A stretch of DNA of 61,556 bases, taken from NCBI GenBank assembly GCA_000934665.2, contig KZ538741.1:1-61556 (forward strand), read 5' to 3'. A program made the translations under genes and the position numbers. The DNA is from Catajapyx aquilonaris. Lineage: Eukaryota. Below, piece after piece: positions 38,957 to 51,058 of the stretch (positions are counted from its first letter, which is position 1; each line of letters begins with the position of its first letter). Under the pieces are notes generated by a model. It saw only the letters and a program-made list of their open reading frames with translations. It had not been told where the DNA came from and did not search any database.

Positions 38957-39296
38957 CAATGCACGGACTGTGCCTGGCAGGGCCACAAGTCGGACAGTAC
39001 TGGTGTGGTCACTCCATCGCCATAGACATAACACTAGCACAAAGCGTTTATATAGTACGCTTACACTATAGTTCCTTGATTTTAGTCATTAATGTTAGTG
39101 TTTCATTATTGCTCATCGGGCTCAATCGGCCAATGCGACTGACCGTGCCTGGAAGGGCCACAAAGCGGACAGTATATAGTCATACTGGCGCAGTCACTCC
39201 AACGCCTCATATATAAATAACATTAGCATATATAGGACACAGTAGGTATACCGGTATAGTTGTTAGATTTTTAGTCATTAATGTTAGTGCTTCATT
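38957..39296 (+). repeat. Diverged tandem duplication, about 175-190-bp unit
   Basis: GTGCCTGG.AGGGCCACAA..CGGACAGTA, GTCACTCCA.CGCC and TTTTAGTCATTAATGTTAGTG.TTCATT each occur twice in the same order. Confidence 0.85.
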
Positions 39297-42200
39297 TGCT
39301 GCCCATAAAACATTTAAAAAATGGATCATGCAACTACAGTATGACTTCTGCATCATATTAAGCAATCAATTTTCCGGATCGTTGTAAATCATTGCCATTT
39401 TCAATTGGGGGATAGGAAGATTGGCCGATTGATCTATCAGCGTGGATCAGGAGATGAGCTGTAATAAAGAAAGCATTTGAGAGTGGAGAAAGGTGGCGGG
39501 GTTGGGCCATTACGCGGCCGGGAAGGCACAATCCTCCGATTGTTACGCGGACCATTAATTTCAACCCCTCCCCTTTTATGTATGAGGTAACCCTTTTTGA
39601 AGCGAACGAGCCCGTCAGTCTTTTGTGGACGGATCGGGGGGTATACATAACAGGGTGAGGGGAGGCAAAGAAAAACACGTGCTGCTTGCTAACCCTCAGA
39701 ATAATAATAATAGTAGTAGAGAGAGAGAGAGCGAAAAAAATGTGGGCTCCATCCATGCAAGATGGATGCTTACATCAGCCGCTGTACATCTGAGCAAGCC
39801 CCTTTTGACGCTCTCGCAGCCGCCCGATTACCCGCCAATAAACGCGTTAATCTATTTGTTCCAAGCTACTTGCTCGAACAATGTGCTTCCCTGTACAGTA
39901 TAGTGATTCGCAAAATGTTTTTCCGGCTCGCAATGGGGATTGGCGAAATCTTTCTCCTAATAGGCTTATTCTCTCCGTCTGATGTTTGTCCCGCCTGATA
40001 GTAGTCCTATCGCTATCTATTGCACGCCCTGAGTGTGGCGGGATTGTGCAGAGAGAGTATGCGACATCTAATCCTTGATGGGAACAGTACTACGTGATAA
40101 ATCTGCTGGTCATCTTGTTAAAGTCTGTCCTGATGACTGTGTATACGTTTTGCCAAATTTTGACAATGGGTTCACTAGTAGGGCTGGTGATATTTTTCAA
40201 CATCAGTCAAGATCCGAGCAGCAGGATAACTTGGTCGCCTCCCTGATGACACGACCTCCAGAGCGAAAAGGCGGTCCTGCGGGTGCAAAAGAATTTAGCC
40301 AGGAATTATGAGGTGAGAAGAATTCGATGGGATTCCAACACCGTGTAGAACCAACCGGGGACCTTAAGTTGGGAGGGTCTCTCCGAAAAGGTATATAGGC
40401 ACGGCTTGCTGCGTCTTGGAGGCGTCCGGGAGAAGGAAAAAGTCCTCCATTTTTGTCACTCCCTTCCCCCCCCCTTCCCCCCGTTCCCCCAAATCCGAGC
40501 TAACGGAGAAGAGAGGCCTCAGCTTCTTCTCGTCCTCCGGATCAATAAGGATCCAAGAACAGACGGAAAAATTTCACGGGATTGGCCCTCCACGTCATTG
40601 ACGTCAAAAGGGGCAGGGCATCAGGAGAGATGGAGATAGCTTTTTCTCATTTTTTTTCTTCTTTCTCCTCCATTCCCCCCTAGCTCTCTTCCACCTCCCC
40701 CACCTCCAATCTGCTCATCCTTCCTTCGCCATTTTTAGGAAAAAAAGAGAGTCTCAGCAATTCTTCGTGTACTTTTTATACATAGAGATCCGGTTCGATA
40801 CGACATCTGCATCAAGATGGTCCTCAACAGGTCAGACTTTTCCCTGAGTTGTTATGAAGCACCCTGTATTAATAACAGGCTCTAGGCTATAGTTTATTAC
40901 TGAGAAGTAATAATGGAGCCCTTCAAATCATGTTCGATCACATACAAGAATCTGCGCTGTCATCCTCTTCATGGGATGAGTCTGATGAAGACATTCTTTC
41001 TGTATCGCCTTGGCAACGGCACGATGCCATGTGTCTCTCTATACGTCGGAGGTATGAAATTATTATTATTGAGTCCGTCCTGCAGACGATTCCAATAACC
41101 TATTATGGAATCTGATTATACTCATATTATTATAGTGTATATACCGGTACTGTACATCAGTATATATTACGTATTAAACTGTCATAGAATTTTGTTGCAT
41201 ATATTACAAGTGGGTTGCATGATCTATAGTAAATGGCGAACAAGTGTTTGATTTTTGTTACTCATAGCATGTTGCTAAATAATGTTTTACACAACACATA
41301 CCAAGGATCAACCAATATTTTTTTTCTAAAAATACTCTAAATTGATCACCCAATCAAACCAGAATGTGGCCTAGCATTTGTACTGTAAATCGATTTTAAT
41401 GAAAACACTCCTCTTGTACATTCTTCATGCATACTTCTGTACATACTTCTGTACATTATAAATTATGCTTCCATAGATTGAGATTTGTTGGAACAAAATA
41501 CAGTAGGTCTCTGTCCCACAATGATGTGCATTATTGTCGCAAAAGTGATAGTGAGGACAGTCGCTCGTGAAAGACGTGCACTGCAAATATTCGCGTGCAA
41601 ACACACATTTTTGGCCACAATGTTTCAAATTACTCTGTGAATTTGATACTTTTTGCATAGCCTTATGCTAACAAAAAAAAACCATGCACTTTCCAATTTA
41701 GCTGCAAGGTCATATACGGTAAGTTATCTTCATATCGACTTGTCCCTTATGTCACAGCAACCTCCATGCTTGTACTGTACATATAGGCTGCGTAATCCCC
41801 CCCCTCCGACAAGCCAGCCTAGGTTTTAGGCACCTATAGCTATGCTGGGTGGGTGGGTTGAGATAAGGGGGGAGGGGGTTGGATGGTGGGGAGGGGTGGG
41901 TGGGCTAGGGTCACACTTTGTCCCGATCGATTTTCGATTTTCTTAGCTCTCTCCACAGGGTACAAATTGGCGTCTTGGCCATGCGGAACACGTTTGTCAA
42001 TTTTTCAGCCTCCCTTGAGGTATCATAGGGGCGGGTAATGGGGCACGCGGGGCGCAAAAGGCTTTGAAAAGAGCCGGCGGGGGATCTATCTCAAAGTCAT
42101 GTCGGAATGTTTGAATAGAAGGAAAAGGGAGAGAGAGAGAGAAAAGAAGGAAAAGAGAGAGGGGGGAGAGAGAGAGAGGCCCAAACCATGGGGGTATATA

Positions 42201-44663
42201 GGCGGCCCTCTGCTTTTTCCCTGCCTGCCCTAGTTGATTGTGCCCCGTTTGAACCGCCAGTAGGAAAAGGGAGCCTTTGCCCGATCGGCAAGCACTAATT
42301 GCTCGCCGAATACACATAGTTTTCATATTTCAAATTCCCTCTGTCCAAGATAACAATTTCCATATTGTGTGGCATAGATTAAAAGCAGCAGCCAGCCAGA
42401 GCTCTCTCCGCTAGCTGGCTGCTGGGTGTTGGCGCTGTCCGCCGATCATTTGGAAGTAAAATTGGGATCCACTGGGCTGTCTCCAGATCGAACGCACAGC
42501 TTTTCCTATCGACCACGACCTGCTTTGCAACCAAAGTCAGTGGGAGATATTAGAATGTGGGCCCAAACTGCATTAATGCCACGTGTGTACGGTCATGTCT
42601 CCTGGTATTATAGGCACCAGCAGAGGGGATGGGGGAAGGAAATGAAGACAGATGAGTTAGGATTTGGTAGATTTCATTCCTTGGGTTTGGCTCGCTTAGA
42701 CCACAAATTCGCAACTGGTGAAATATAACAAACAGTTACTCGTACGATTTGTTCATATTTTTATGAGTCTTCGTAAAGTACAGCAAAGTGATGGATTCAG
42801 GAACGTGAATGGGGTTCCTCTCGTTCACCTTGACAAATCTTTTGGCCCTGCCAACAAATGATTTCACGCTCAAACGAGGGGAAAATGGCCCATTAGAATT
42901 ACAATGCGGAGAAAATGGCGCCTTGTGGATGGAGGGTGCTGGAGCCCAGAAGCGCCGGAAAAATAAAAGAGAAGATGGCGAGGCCTCCGCTTCTTCTTTC
43001 CTTTTTTTCTCTCTCTTCCTTCTTTCCCCTCCTCTCAGGAGCTATCTGCTAGGATGAAACTGCTTTCTCGTGTGGAGGGTTGGAAAGAAGAAGTATATAG
43101 CTTCTAACGCTGTCGTGATATTTCATTTTGTTCCTATACTTACGCCATGTCCCACTTATTCTTCCCGTGCTCTTGCCGTCTATTTTAATGAACTACGTTT
43201 TGAAGCAATCATTCTACAGTACACAGCTCACTCCTTTTTTATGACAAGACCAGGCACTTGCAACAAGGTCAAGCTACCATGATTTTCATTACGCAAACAA
43301 TATATTGGTGTAATATACATTGCAATTTTAAAAACACACACCCACACACATGGTATACATGAAAAACGTTGACATATCTGTTATGTAAATGTGACGTGTA
43401 ATATCTCGAGCAATTTTTTAATGGTGTGACATCAGTGACACTGCGACATTTGCATATAGAAAAGCGGGACGCAGAGTTGGGCAACCTGATGACTGTGTTG
43501 GGGGAGAAAGGAAAGTGTTTGATTCATGGGCAAGCGGAGGCCAGCAATATGCTTGGCTGCCAATGAGATTGCCTATCAACAAAGGTGGTTAGCCAGCATC
43601 GCACCTCGGGGAGGAGGGGTGAGATCAATAATTGCAGCGCTAATGATCCCAGAGGTGACGAAGTGGGGTGTCAGGATCTTCCACTCTGGAGGAGACGCTC
43701 AAATTACTCCCAACTCCTTTTCTTGCTTCTCTCAGCTACAGAATCTTCCAACTTGTGTGGTCCTCTACTTAGAATCAGGCGACAAATTGCCTACTGAAAG
43801 GTTCCTTTTTTTTCAGTACACACTTGTCTTTATTTCATCACGCTCAATTGGGGTCGCACCTGTTCAAAATAATAACAGGATATTGCTGTAGTAGACCACA
43901 TTTTATATCCTATTACACTTGCATTTATGATAACGCTGTCACAAAATGCGTTAATAATAAACATTGCGCTGGGTTGGGAACGTATGGAATTCCGTACAGT
44001 GCAGGACACACCATTTAAATTGCGACAATATGAATAGTTATGAAACTGGATTTCATTTTGTCACCATGTTTTGTAGTGCAGGTATAAAATTTTGGTTTTA
44101 TTTAAAACCCAATCAAAACCGCATCGTGTACACCACCAGGCAGCCTTTGGACAGATGTTGCAAAAGTCTAGCTGGAAGCGGGACCCTTTCGGTACACACA
44201 CACGTCCTCGAGCCCCCTTTATTCACTTGCAAAGAGAAGGTAATCAGGTACTCGAAGTATTAATTACCATTTTTCACACGCTAGGTGGCGTTTTCGAGTG
44301 ATTGTTAATCCCCAGTTGAATTCCCAATGTGGTGTATACTGAATATCCCGGAGGGAGTCAAGTGTTAACCCTGAGAGAGTGTGGGAAGGACCTATTTTAG
44401 GAGGGTGTGAGGTACTGGGTCAGTCAGAACTTCTAGTAGTCATACATCTGCCACACAGAATGCGGTTAGTGTGGGCCCCATTTTACTCCAGTTTCAAAAT
44501 ATAACCTTTGAAAATCTGCTAAATCCGCAAATTTTCGAAATATATTTGAATACACATTGTAAGCATAAACACATTGCTGCAACACGTGAGTCCAAACACA
44601 CTGTACACTGTAATTATTCATATACCGATTCATGTACCGACTTGGAGACGATACAGAGACCAT

Positions 44664-45023
44664 TTTTTAGACATTTTTTCATTTATTACAATTTTTCTAA
44701 TTTTAAAAGTCTTATAGAATGTCTCTGTCCGTCCGTCCGTCTGTGGGCAGGTATCAGGTAAACCGCAAGAGATATCAACAAACTATTTTCGGATTCTGAA
44801 TCAGTGGACCCTAAATAGGTTTCATGGCCAACTTCCTGTGACCGACCACTTCCGGATTTCCAAGGTCAATAAGCCTACATGCTTTAAAATTATTTTCCTT
44901 AGGTTACTTGGCAACGCGAAATAAAACAGACAACATTCTATGTCACTGTTGTCCAATTTGAATTTCCTTGGCAACGAGAAAAAGTCTACTCGAATCGCCG
45001 TCGCGTAATTTGCCAATCTTGTT
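44664..45023 (+). mobile_element. DINE-1/HINE-like (Helentron-associated) non-autonomous element
   Basis: 5' subTIR TAGACATTTTTTC, partial inverted copy AAAAGTCT (about 44705), (GTCC)3GTCT at 44727-44742, 3' subTIR GAAAAAGTCTA (44978-44988), short GC-rich tail and T-rich ends. Confidence 0.6.
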
Positions 45024-48000
45024 GATTTTCGTGGTGCATTGTGGTGATGATGCGCCTATAGATATGCCCAGTACTGTCCTGTTACAGTGCTACATACTTT
45101 TGTTTCGGGCAGATCCGACTCACCCTGTAGTACATACATAAGAGGGGTTGACAGATAGACACTTGGACAATGGACGTTGTGCTCATCGATTCCTTTTGTC
45201 CGAGCTGCAAGTGAGTGTTACATCCGCACCCGTACTTCTCTCTCTGCCCCGAGGCCCCCTCGTCTCTTCTCTTCTCTTTTTTTTTTGTTCCCAGGGGCCA
45301 GCTTAGACCCGGGTAAACACTCGGCGGGTCACTACCAGGGGCCGAGTAAACACGACGCACGTGCGCCCCGAGGACAAGTGCCCCTCCTCTCTTTTCACTG
45401 GGCACGCTGCGGGGAATCTCTTGTTGTCTCCTCTTGGCTTTTGGATGCATGCTGCCTCCGAGATGTGTGCGCACGTCAGACCCCGATTGCTACTATTTTT
45501 CTTGCTGCCTGCAGTCCACACATATAAAGCTGGCTGCTTCAACCGGCGTTTATTATCTTGCTTATAACTTCACCAGTGATGGCCGGACAGACTTGCAGGG
45601 AAAATGTCAGAGAGAATTCCAACCAGCTAAAAGTAGGCGGGGGAATTTCATCACTGACCTGTCCTCGGGAGATATGGAAGAAGATCTGTACTTATACATA
45701 GGCTGATAGGCATGTGGCATATTTAAGCGCTGCTTGGAATTAATTAAGCATTGCGCCATATATGTTGGGACTGCAGGGGAATTCAATTAAGTTAAACTAT
45801 ACATGCGCTTTCTGGAGAGAGTTTTGCGACAGTTTATTTGCAAGTTGGAAATATATTGCACAAAGGATTGAATTTGTGGAGTACTACCGGTGTACGATAA
45901 TATTTCTGTTGGAAGTGCTCCTGAGATGAAAAAGTGAAACTCACAAGTATATGAAATCTGGGCTTGAAAGTTGAGAATTTGCAATTTTACGCATTTGGAA
46001 CAACTTCGCGGTTCACAACAAAATCAATCCCAGCAGAGTGCCCGTATAACCTCAAATATTAAATTAAAAGATCTCTCTAATTTAAATATGGCTTCTATGT
46101 TTAGCAAGGAACACGGAGCACCATTTAAAACCAAAATAATGAGGCGAAGCATTGTTGGTTAATATTCAATGACAATAAATTTACCTATTTAGACTACAGG
46201 CATTGCGTGAGTGTGTGATATTAAATTGGTAAAAAGCTGTAATGGCTCCGAGTTTAATAATTATTATACTGTATTCCAGCAGTGTATCATGCCCTCGGAG
46301 GTGAGTTTGATTGATAGATTGGTCGTACGGCGAGAGGTGAGTAATCTCACGCGGTTAGTTTGAACGATGCGGTACATGGACGCATACAAATGTGATTGCT
46401 GTGTCATATAACACTTTAAAATGCTTTATAAATTTACCTGCCAACATTTCCAAATTCGACATCTGGATGCACATAAAGTTATAGAGACACGTCATGTTAT
46501 TATTACATTTCACAATGTATGTCATTATACTGTATATACTGTAGATCCTGCTTTCAGTATATTGGCGCAAAATATTTGCAAAATGCTGGGGAGTCGAGTG
46601 AGATGACTTTTTATTTGCGTTATCATCCAGCGATCCTTCCACGTCGGGGTCCAAGGTTTTGTAGGTGGAAAATATGCGGCGCCATCACAAAGCGCCGGAT
46701 TATGCGCGATTAGGGAGCAGAGTGAAAAGAAAGGAGGGATGCTGTATATAGGGGGGAAGGAGGATGGGGGGGAAAGGGGGTAGTATTCTCATTCTAATGT
46801 GCGTGTAATTCGATATCGGCACGGATTGAATCGAACCTTGGCATGAATAATAGTTTGCAAACACAAAAGGGTGCGCACTGGGGGAGACGTATTGAAGGGG
46901 GGGACATAGGATTTGGAGAGGATAAAACACACAGGTGTCCGTGATGTTGGCGACTCATCTTGACTGCCACTTTTGATGCGTGCACTATTACCTCCTATCG
47001 ACCACCATTATACCGGATTAAAACCAATCCAGAGGCCCCCCCGGGGGTATCATATAATAGACAGATATGCAGTGTACCGGCTAAAACAAATCGGCTTTTC
47101 CCCCCACTTTATCAACAGATTATCCGGGTTGGTGCTTCAGGCACTATTATTGTGCAGCTTTTCTCACTTTTTACTTAAACTTTTAACTGGCCCAGTGTTC
47201 AATTTAACTAGTTCCAAAGCCTGAAACTATCCGTGTAGTAAACTACCTTATTACGCTCATAGATGGTGCATCCTCCCTCTCTGCACACTGCTGCCACTCT
47301 CAGGGTCGTGCAGGGGGTAGTGGAACTACATGCACCTAGCTGAGCGAAGATGATGACTCACCCCGGACAAACAGAGGAACATACTCGAGCAAATTAGTCT
47401 ACATGATAAGACTGACTTCCTATTCATCTTACTAAGCAAAGGAAAATCCCCGGTGCCAAGCCATCTTGACTAATCTTGGTCAATTCGTGGTCAGTGCTGG
47501 GTTTCCTCTCCGGAATGGTCACAGCCGCTTCCTTCCTTTTCCCTCCACTGCACTGGTGTATTGTGCAAGAGGCGTGAGGTCTTGTGATTTGGGCGGCCAT
47601 CCGACAGGTCCTTCAGGGGCCCAACCCACCTGTTACGGACAATACGGTGATGTGTTGGCACAAAGGATCTTTAAAAGTTTAATGCAAAATAATCTCAAAT
47701 AATTACAGTAACTGGGAGATAATGCATTATCAAATGTGGTTTTTGAAGTGAACCGGTATCATTATTTTGTAGTTCAGATTATTTGCTGACATAAAATTTG
47801 ACGAAAGATCGAATTTTCTGTAATATCATCGATTGTTGAATTGATATAGGGTGAGCAGGTGGTCTGAGAAATAAAATTTTGTATTTGTTTCAGTTACAAA
47901 TTGACATGAAGTACGCACCGCTCTGAAATAATTATTGTCCAACAAAAACGGCTAGAAAGTAGTTTTTCTCCTCATTAATTTTTACGACTTATGGACTCTT

Positions 48001-50420
48001 TCCTAATCAAGTAGACAACATAAAATATTTTGATTTTAAAATATCAAAATAAATAACTATGTTTGAAGTTAGAGTGGGTCTTTTGATATAAGTACTCGTA
48101 AGATTGCTCGTAGGTAAGCATCACACAACTTCACATGCCATGAGATTTTGCCGTGATACATTAATAAGAAACAGGCTACAGGCCTATACATGGAATGTGC
48201 AAAGAGTTAAAGTCGTTGGACCTTGAAGCTGGACGTTTGCAGCGTCGAAATCCAGATTTTCATACTTCATACGATGAAAACTGCTTGTTGTTTAGAAGCC
48301 CGCAGGAATACGTTTGCAGTCCCAGATAGATAGGATTTTACATGAATTTTTGCGTATTTTTGTCCCGGCGTTGAGGAAATAACCTTTTCGGTAGGTGCAA
48401 AAATTCTAACGTATTCATTCTTAGAAGAGTATAGGTCTACTGACTCCTCAAAGGGCAAAAATGACAGTAAGCAAATAATCACACACAAAAATTATTTTAA
48501 ATGAAGCGATTTTAAAAGTTCACAATTTCTTTTTTTTTTACAAATAAATAGAAATCATCTAATAAAATCACTGATACATGAAAACCCGGTAGGTATCATA
48601 CATGTGTTTGATATTTTGAAAGTGGGAATTTCTTTTATTCACTGGCTTCCAACAGCTTTGCACTTACTTTTTAAGTCACAAAACCGCGATAAGATTAGTA
48701 AATATATTAGGCCTACTCAATAATTGCGACACTTCCCGTTCCCGAGCTCTTTGATACCACAACTATAATTATAGTCTATACTATAGGCAGACTATAGGCT
48801 ACATGGTTTTTCACAATTCGACCTACAAATCTCTAGGGTGAAGTCCTGCGGGCACTTCATGTAGAGATATTGACCATTTGACATCCGAAGCCTCGTTACC
48901 GAAATAATGGGCGTCAAAGTTCAAACGCAAGGTCGACCATAATTATTATCCTGGCAGGTGTGCATCCCTCCAAGCGACGCCACCTTTTCCATTATTTTCA
49001 AAGTGTTAGCCTACAATGCAGCTTTACGAGACTTGTAAATATAGAATACGCAATGGCTATGGTAATGGAAGTGTAGTAGACTGTATATGCCTACCGTGAC
49101 ACAGAAGATGATAATAAATGGTTACATACTTTATTTAATGCAAATTGTCTGCATAGCTATAGGATGCGGATACCAAGATTTCACACAAGAAGGTTGTTGG
49201 TCAAATTATTGAAGCCTCCTGTGAACTTGGTCAATTATTATCACTGTATATAGAACATTAGAAGTTCGCATATTAATTTGGATGAACTTCTACAATCTAA
49301 CCAGTGTGAATTTTGCTTACTTATACGGCTATCGGCTATGAAAGTGGGTCCAACTGACAGAATTTTCGAGATCTTATAAAATTATTTCTTGACCCTTATC
49401 TATTAAAATACATATAACTTAATTATTGCAATATTCTCTAGGAAGTGTTGCAATAGAGAAATAAAAATTAATCTTATCATGGTTACGCTTATTTGTGACT
49501 GAAATGTAGTACAAGGGCGTCTCAAGATACTTGACCTCGGGTAAGGTCTACTGTATATAAAAGGAAAGCTTACCACATTTCAGAATTGTTCAACTCAATT
49601 AGCTTATCAAATACACATATCATAATTATCGTCTTTTGTGATATTATTTTGTCGTGGAATAGGTTCTTCTTTGTATTACAAAAATGAACCGAGTTTGCCT
49701 TATTAGTATACGGTACATATATGATAACATATTTTTCAATGTGCATGTTTTTTGTGTACAACTTTACAAAAAAATTGTACAGTCTCACTTATAAGAAAAT
49801 ACATTATACGTATATAAGTTATACCAAGAGCTCTTGGTTATACCGGGTTTTGATATTGCAGTACCGATACTTTAACCCGTTTGTTCCCAAGGTCGATCTA
49901 CTTATGATAAATATTTTAAGTCATGCGTGAAAATGCCGGAAATAATATTTAAAAAATAGCCGAGTGTAAAATTTTAATTACAAAGGAAGTTACAAGGCAT
50001 CTGTAATGACTGTAATGGACGAGAAATAACCCATGGTGACCATGTGTCAAGGGTGACAGGTCCAGGGTGTGTCAAGCACTGACTCTCAAGTGCTCTCAAG
50101 TCACGCAGTGTGACAATGTAGGTGAATCAGATATCAGACCTGAGTAAGGGATACAATAAAAAGGGAGATTCGAAGACGAGGCAGAAGGAGAGGGAGAGAG
50201 AGAGGCCGTAAAAAAATACCGTATCGTATATGCTGAAATATAAAAACTTGACGCCCATTGCCTAATCTGCAATGGAATCATCCAGTACTGATGTAGCAAT
50301 CTCTTGATATTGCTGGTGACATTGTTGATATTTCTGACAGCTCATTGTCCAATTGAGGATGAACCTGCATTGCACTTCGGAATTGTTCAACCCAGCAACC
50401 AGCCACTTTGCTCCACATTC

Positions 50421-50483
50421 TGTCAGATGGCGCCACGATGCAGCTGTCATCTCGCCTCATTCCCCGGGCAACAGATGGCACCA
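50421..50483. promoter_or_regulatory. Cluster of CTCF-like / CAGATG E-box motifs upstream of UBR4
   Basis: CAGATGGCGCCA (50424-50435), CAGATGGCACCA (50472-50483) and a weaker reverse AGATGACAGC (about 50443-50452). Confidence 0.45.
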
Positions 50484-50939
50484 GTAGTAATTCATCTTGC
50501 ACTTTAATTATCCAAAAAGAAACAATTAACTGAAACATATTAATTCGCTCGCTACGAACAATTCCCGCCCACATGACGCACATTGACTTAAAACGAACAA
50601 ACACACGTCATGACATGCCAATATTAGTCTCCCATCTGAAGTAGCCGCTATATTAGCTACATTAGCTTCGGCGGAGCTTCGGGGATCGATCGGAATCACT
50701 CTCCGTTACTTTGTTTAACACTCGTGGATAACAGCTACGCTGTGAGCTCAACATCATCAGTGTTGCCAAACCAGGAGTCGGCCATATACAGTGAGAGAGA
50801 GAAGAAGAAGGGGAGCAGTCGTCTCTCTTGGTCGGTGGGATTCTTTTTTTCTCGAATTTCGTCCAGTTTCGGGAATCCTTCTTCTTCTTCTGCTTTCTGG
50901 CCTAGCCTAGCCCTCCCCGTCCCCGTCGCCTGGTCAGCC

Positions 50940-51058
50940 ATGTCGGCGTCCAGCTCTGGAGTGGAGTGGAGTTCCATCGTCAAGCCAATCCTGGCAGCCT
51001 CGTACGGCTCGTTCAACAAGAACGACATACCGGAGCTGGTCAGGGCCATCGTCAAAAG
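50940..51058 (+). CDS. UBR4: UBR4 coding exon 1 ([39 protein letters not shown])
   Basis: gccATG start; donor AG|GTATTA, phase 2; resembles the insect poe N-terminus as recalled. Confidence 0.9.

Noticed and set aside
40231..40285. CTGATGA-N15-GAAA hammerhead-like core
   Set aside because: Stem II would close C-C, and stems I and III cannot be formed with a UH site.
47490..47640. Segment resembling the body of orthopteroid-type SINEs
   Set aside because: Only loose recalled similarity; no A/B-box head or tail found.
50724..50939. In-frame GTG-started extension of UBR4 and antisense ORF 50735-51055
   Set aside because: Low-complexity, UTR-like sequence; similarity to poe begins at ATG 50940; antisense ORFs over coding exons are expected shadows.
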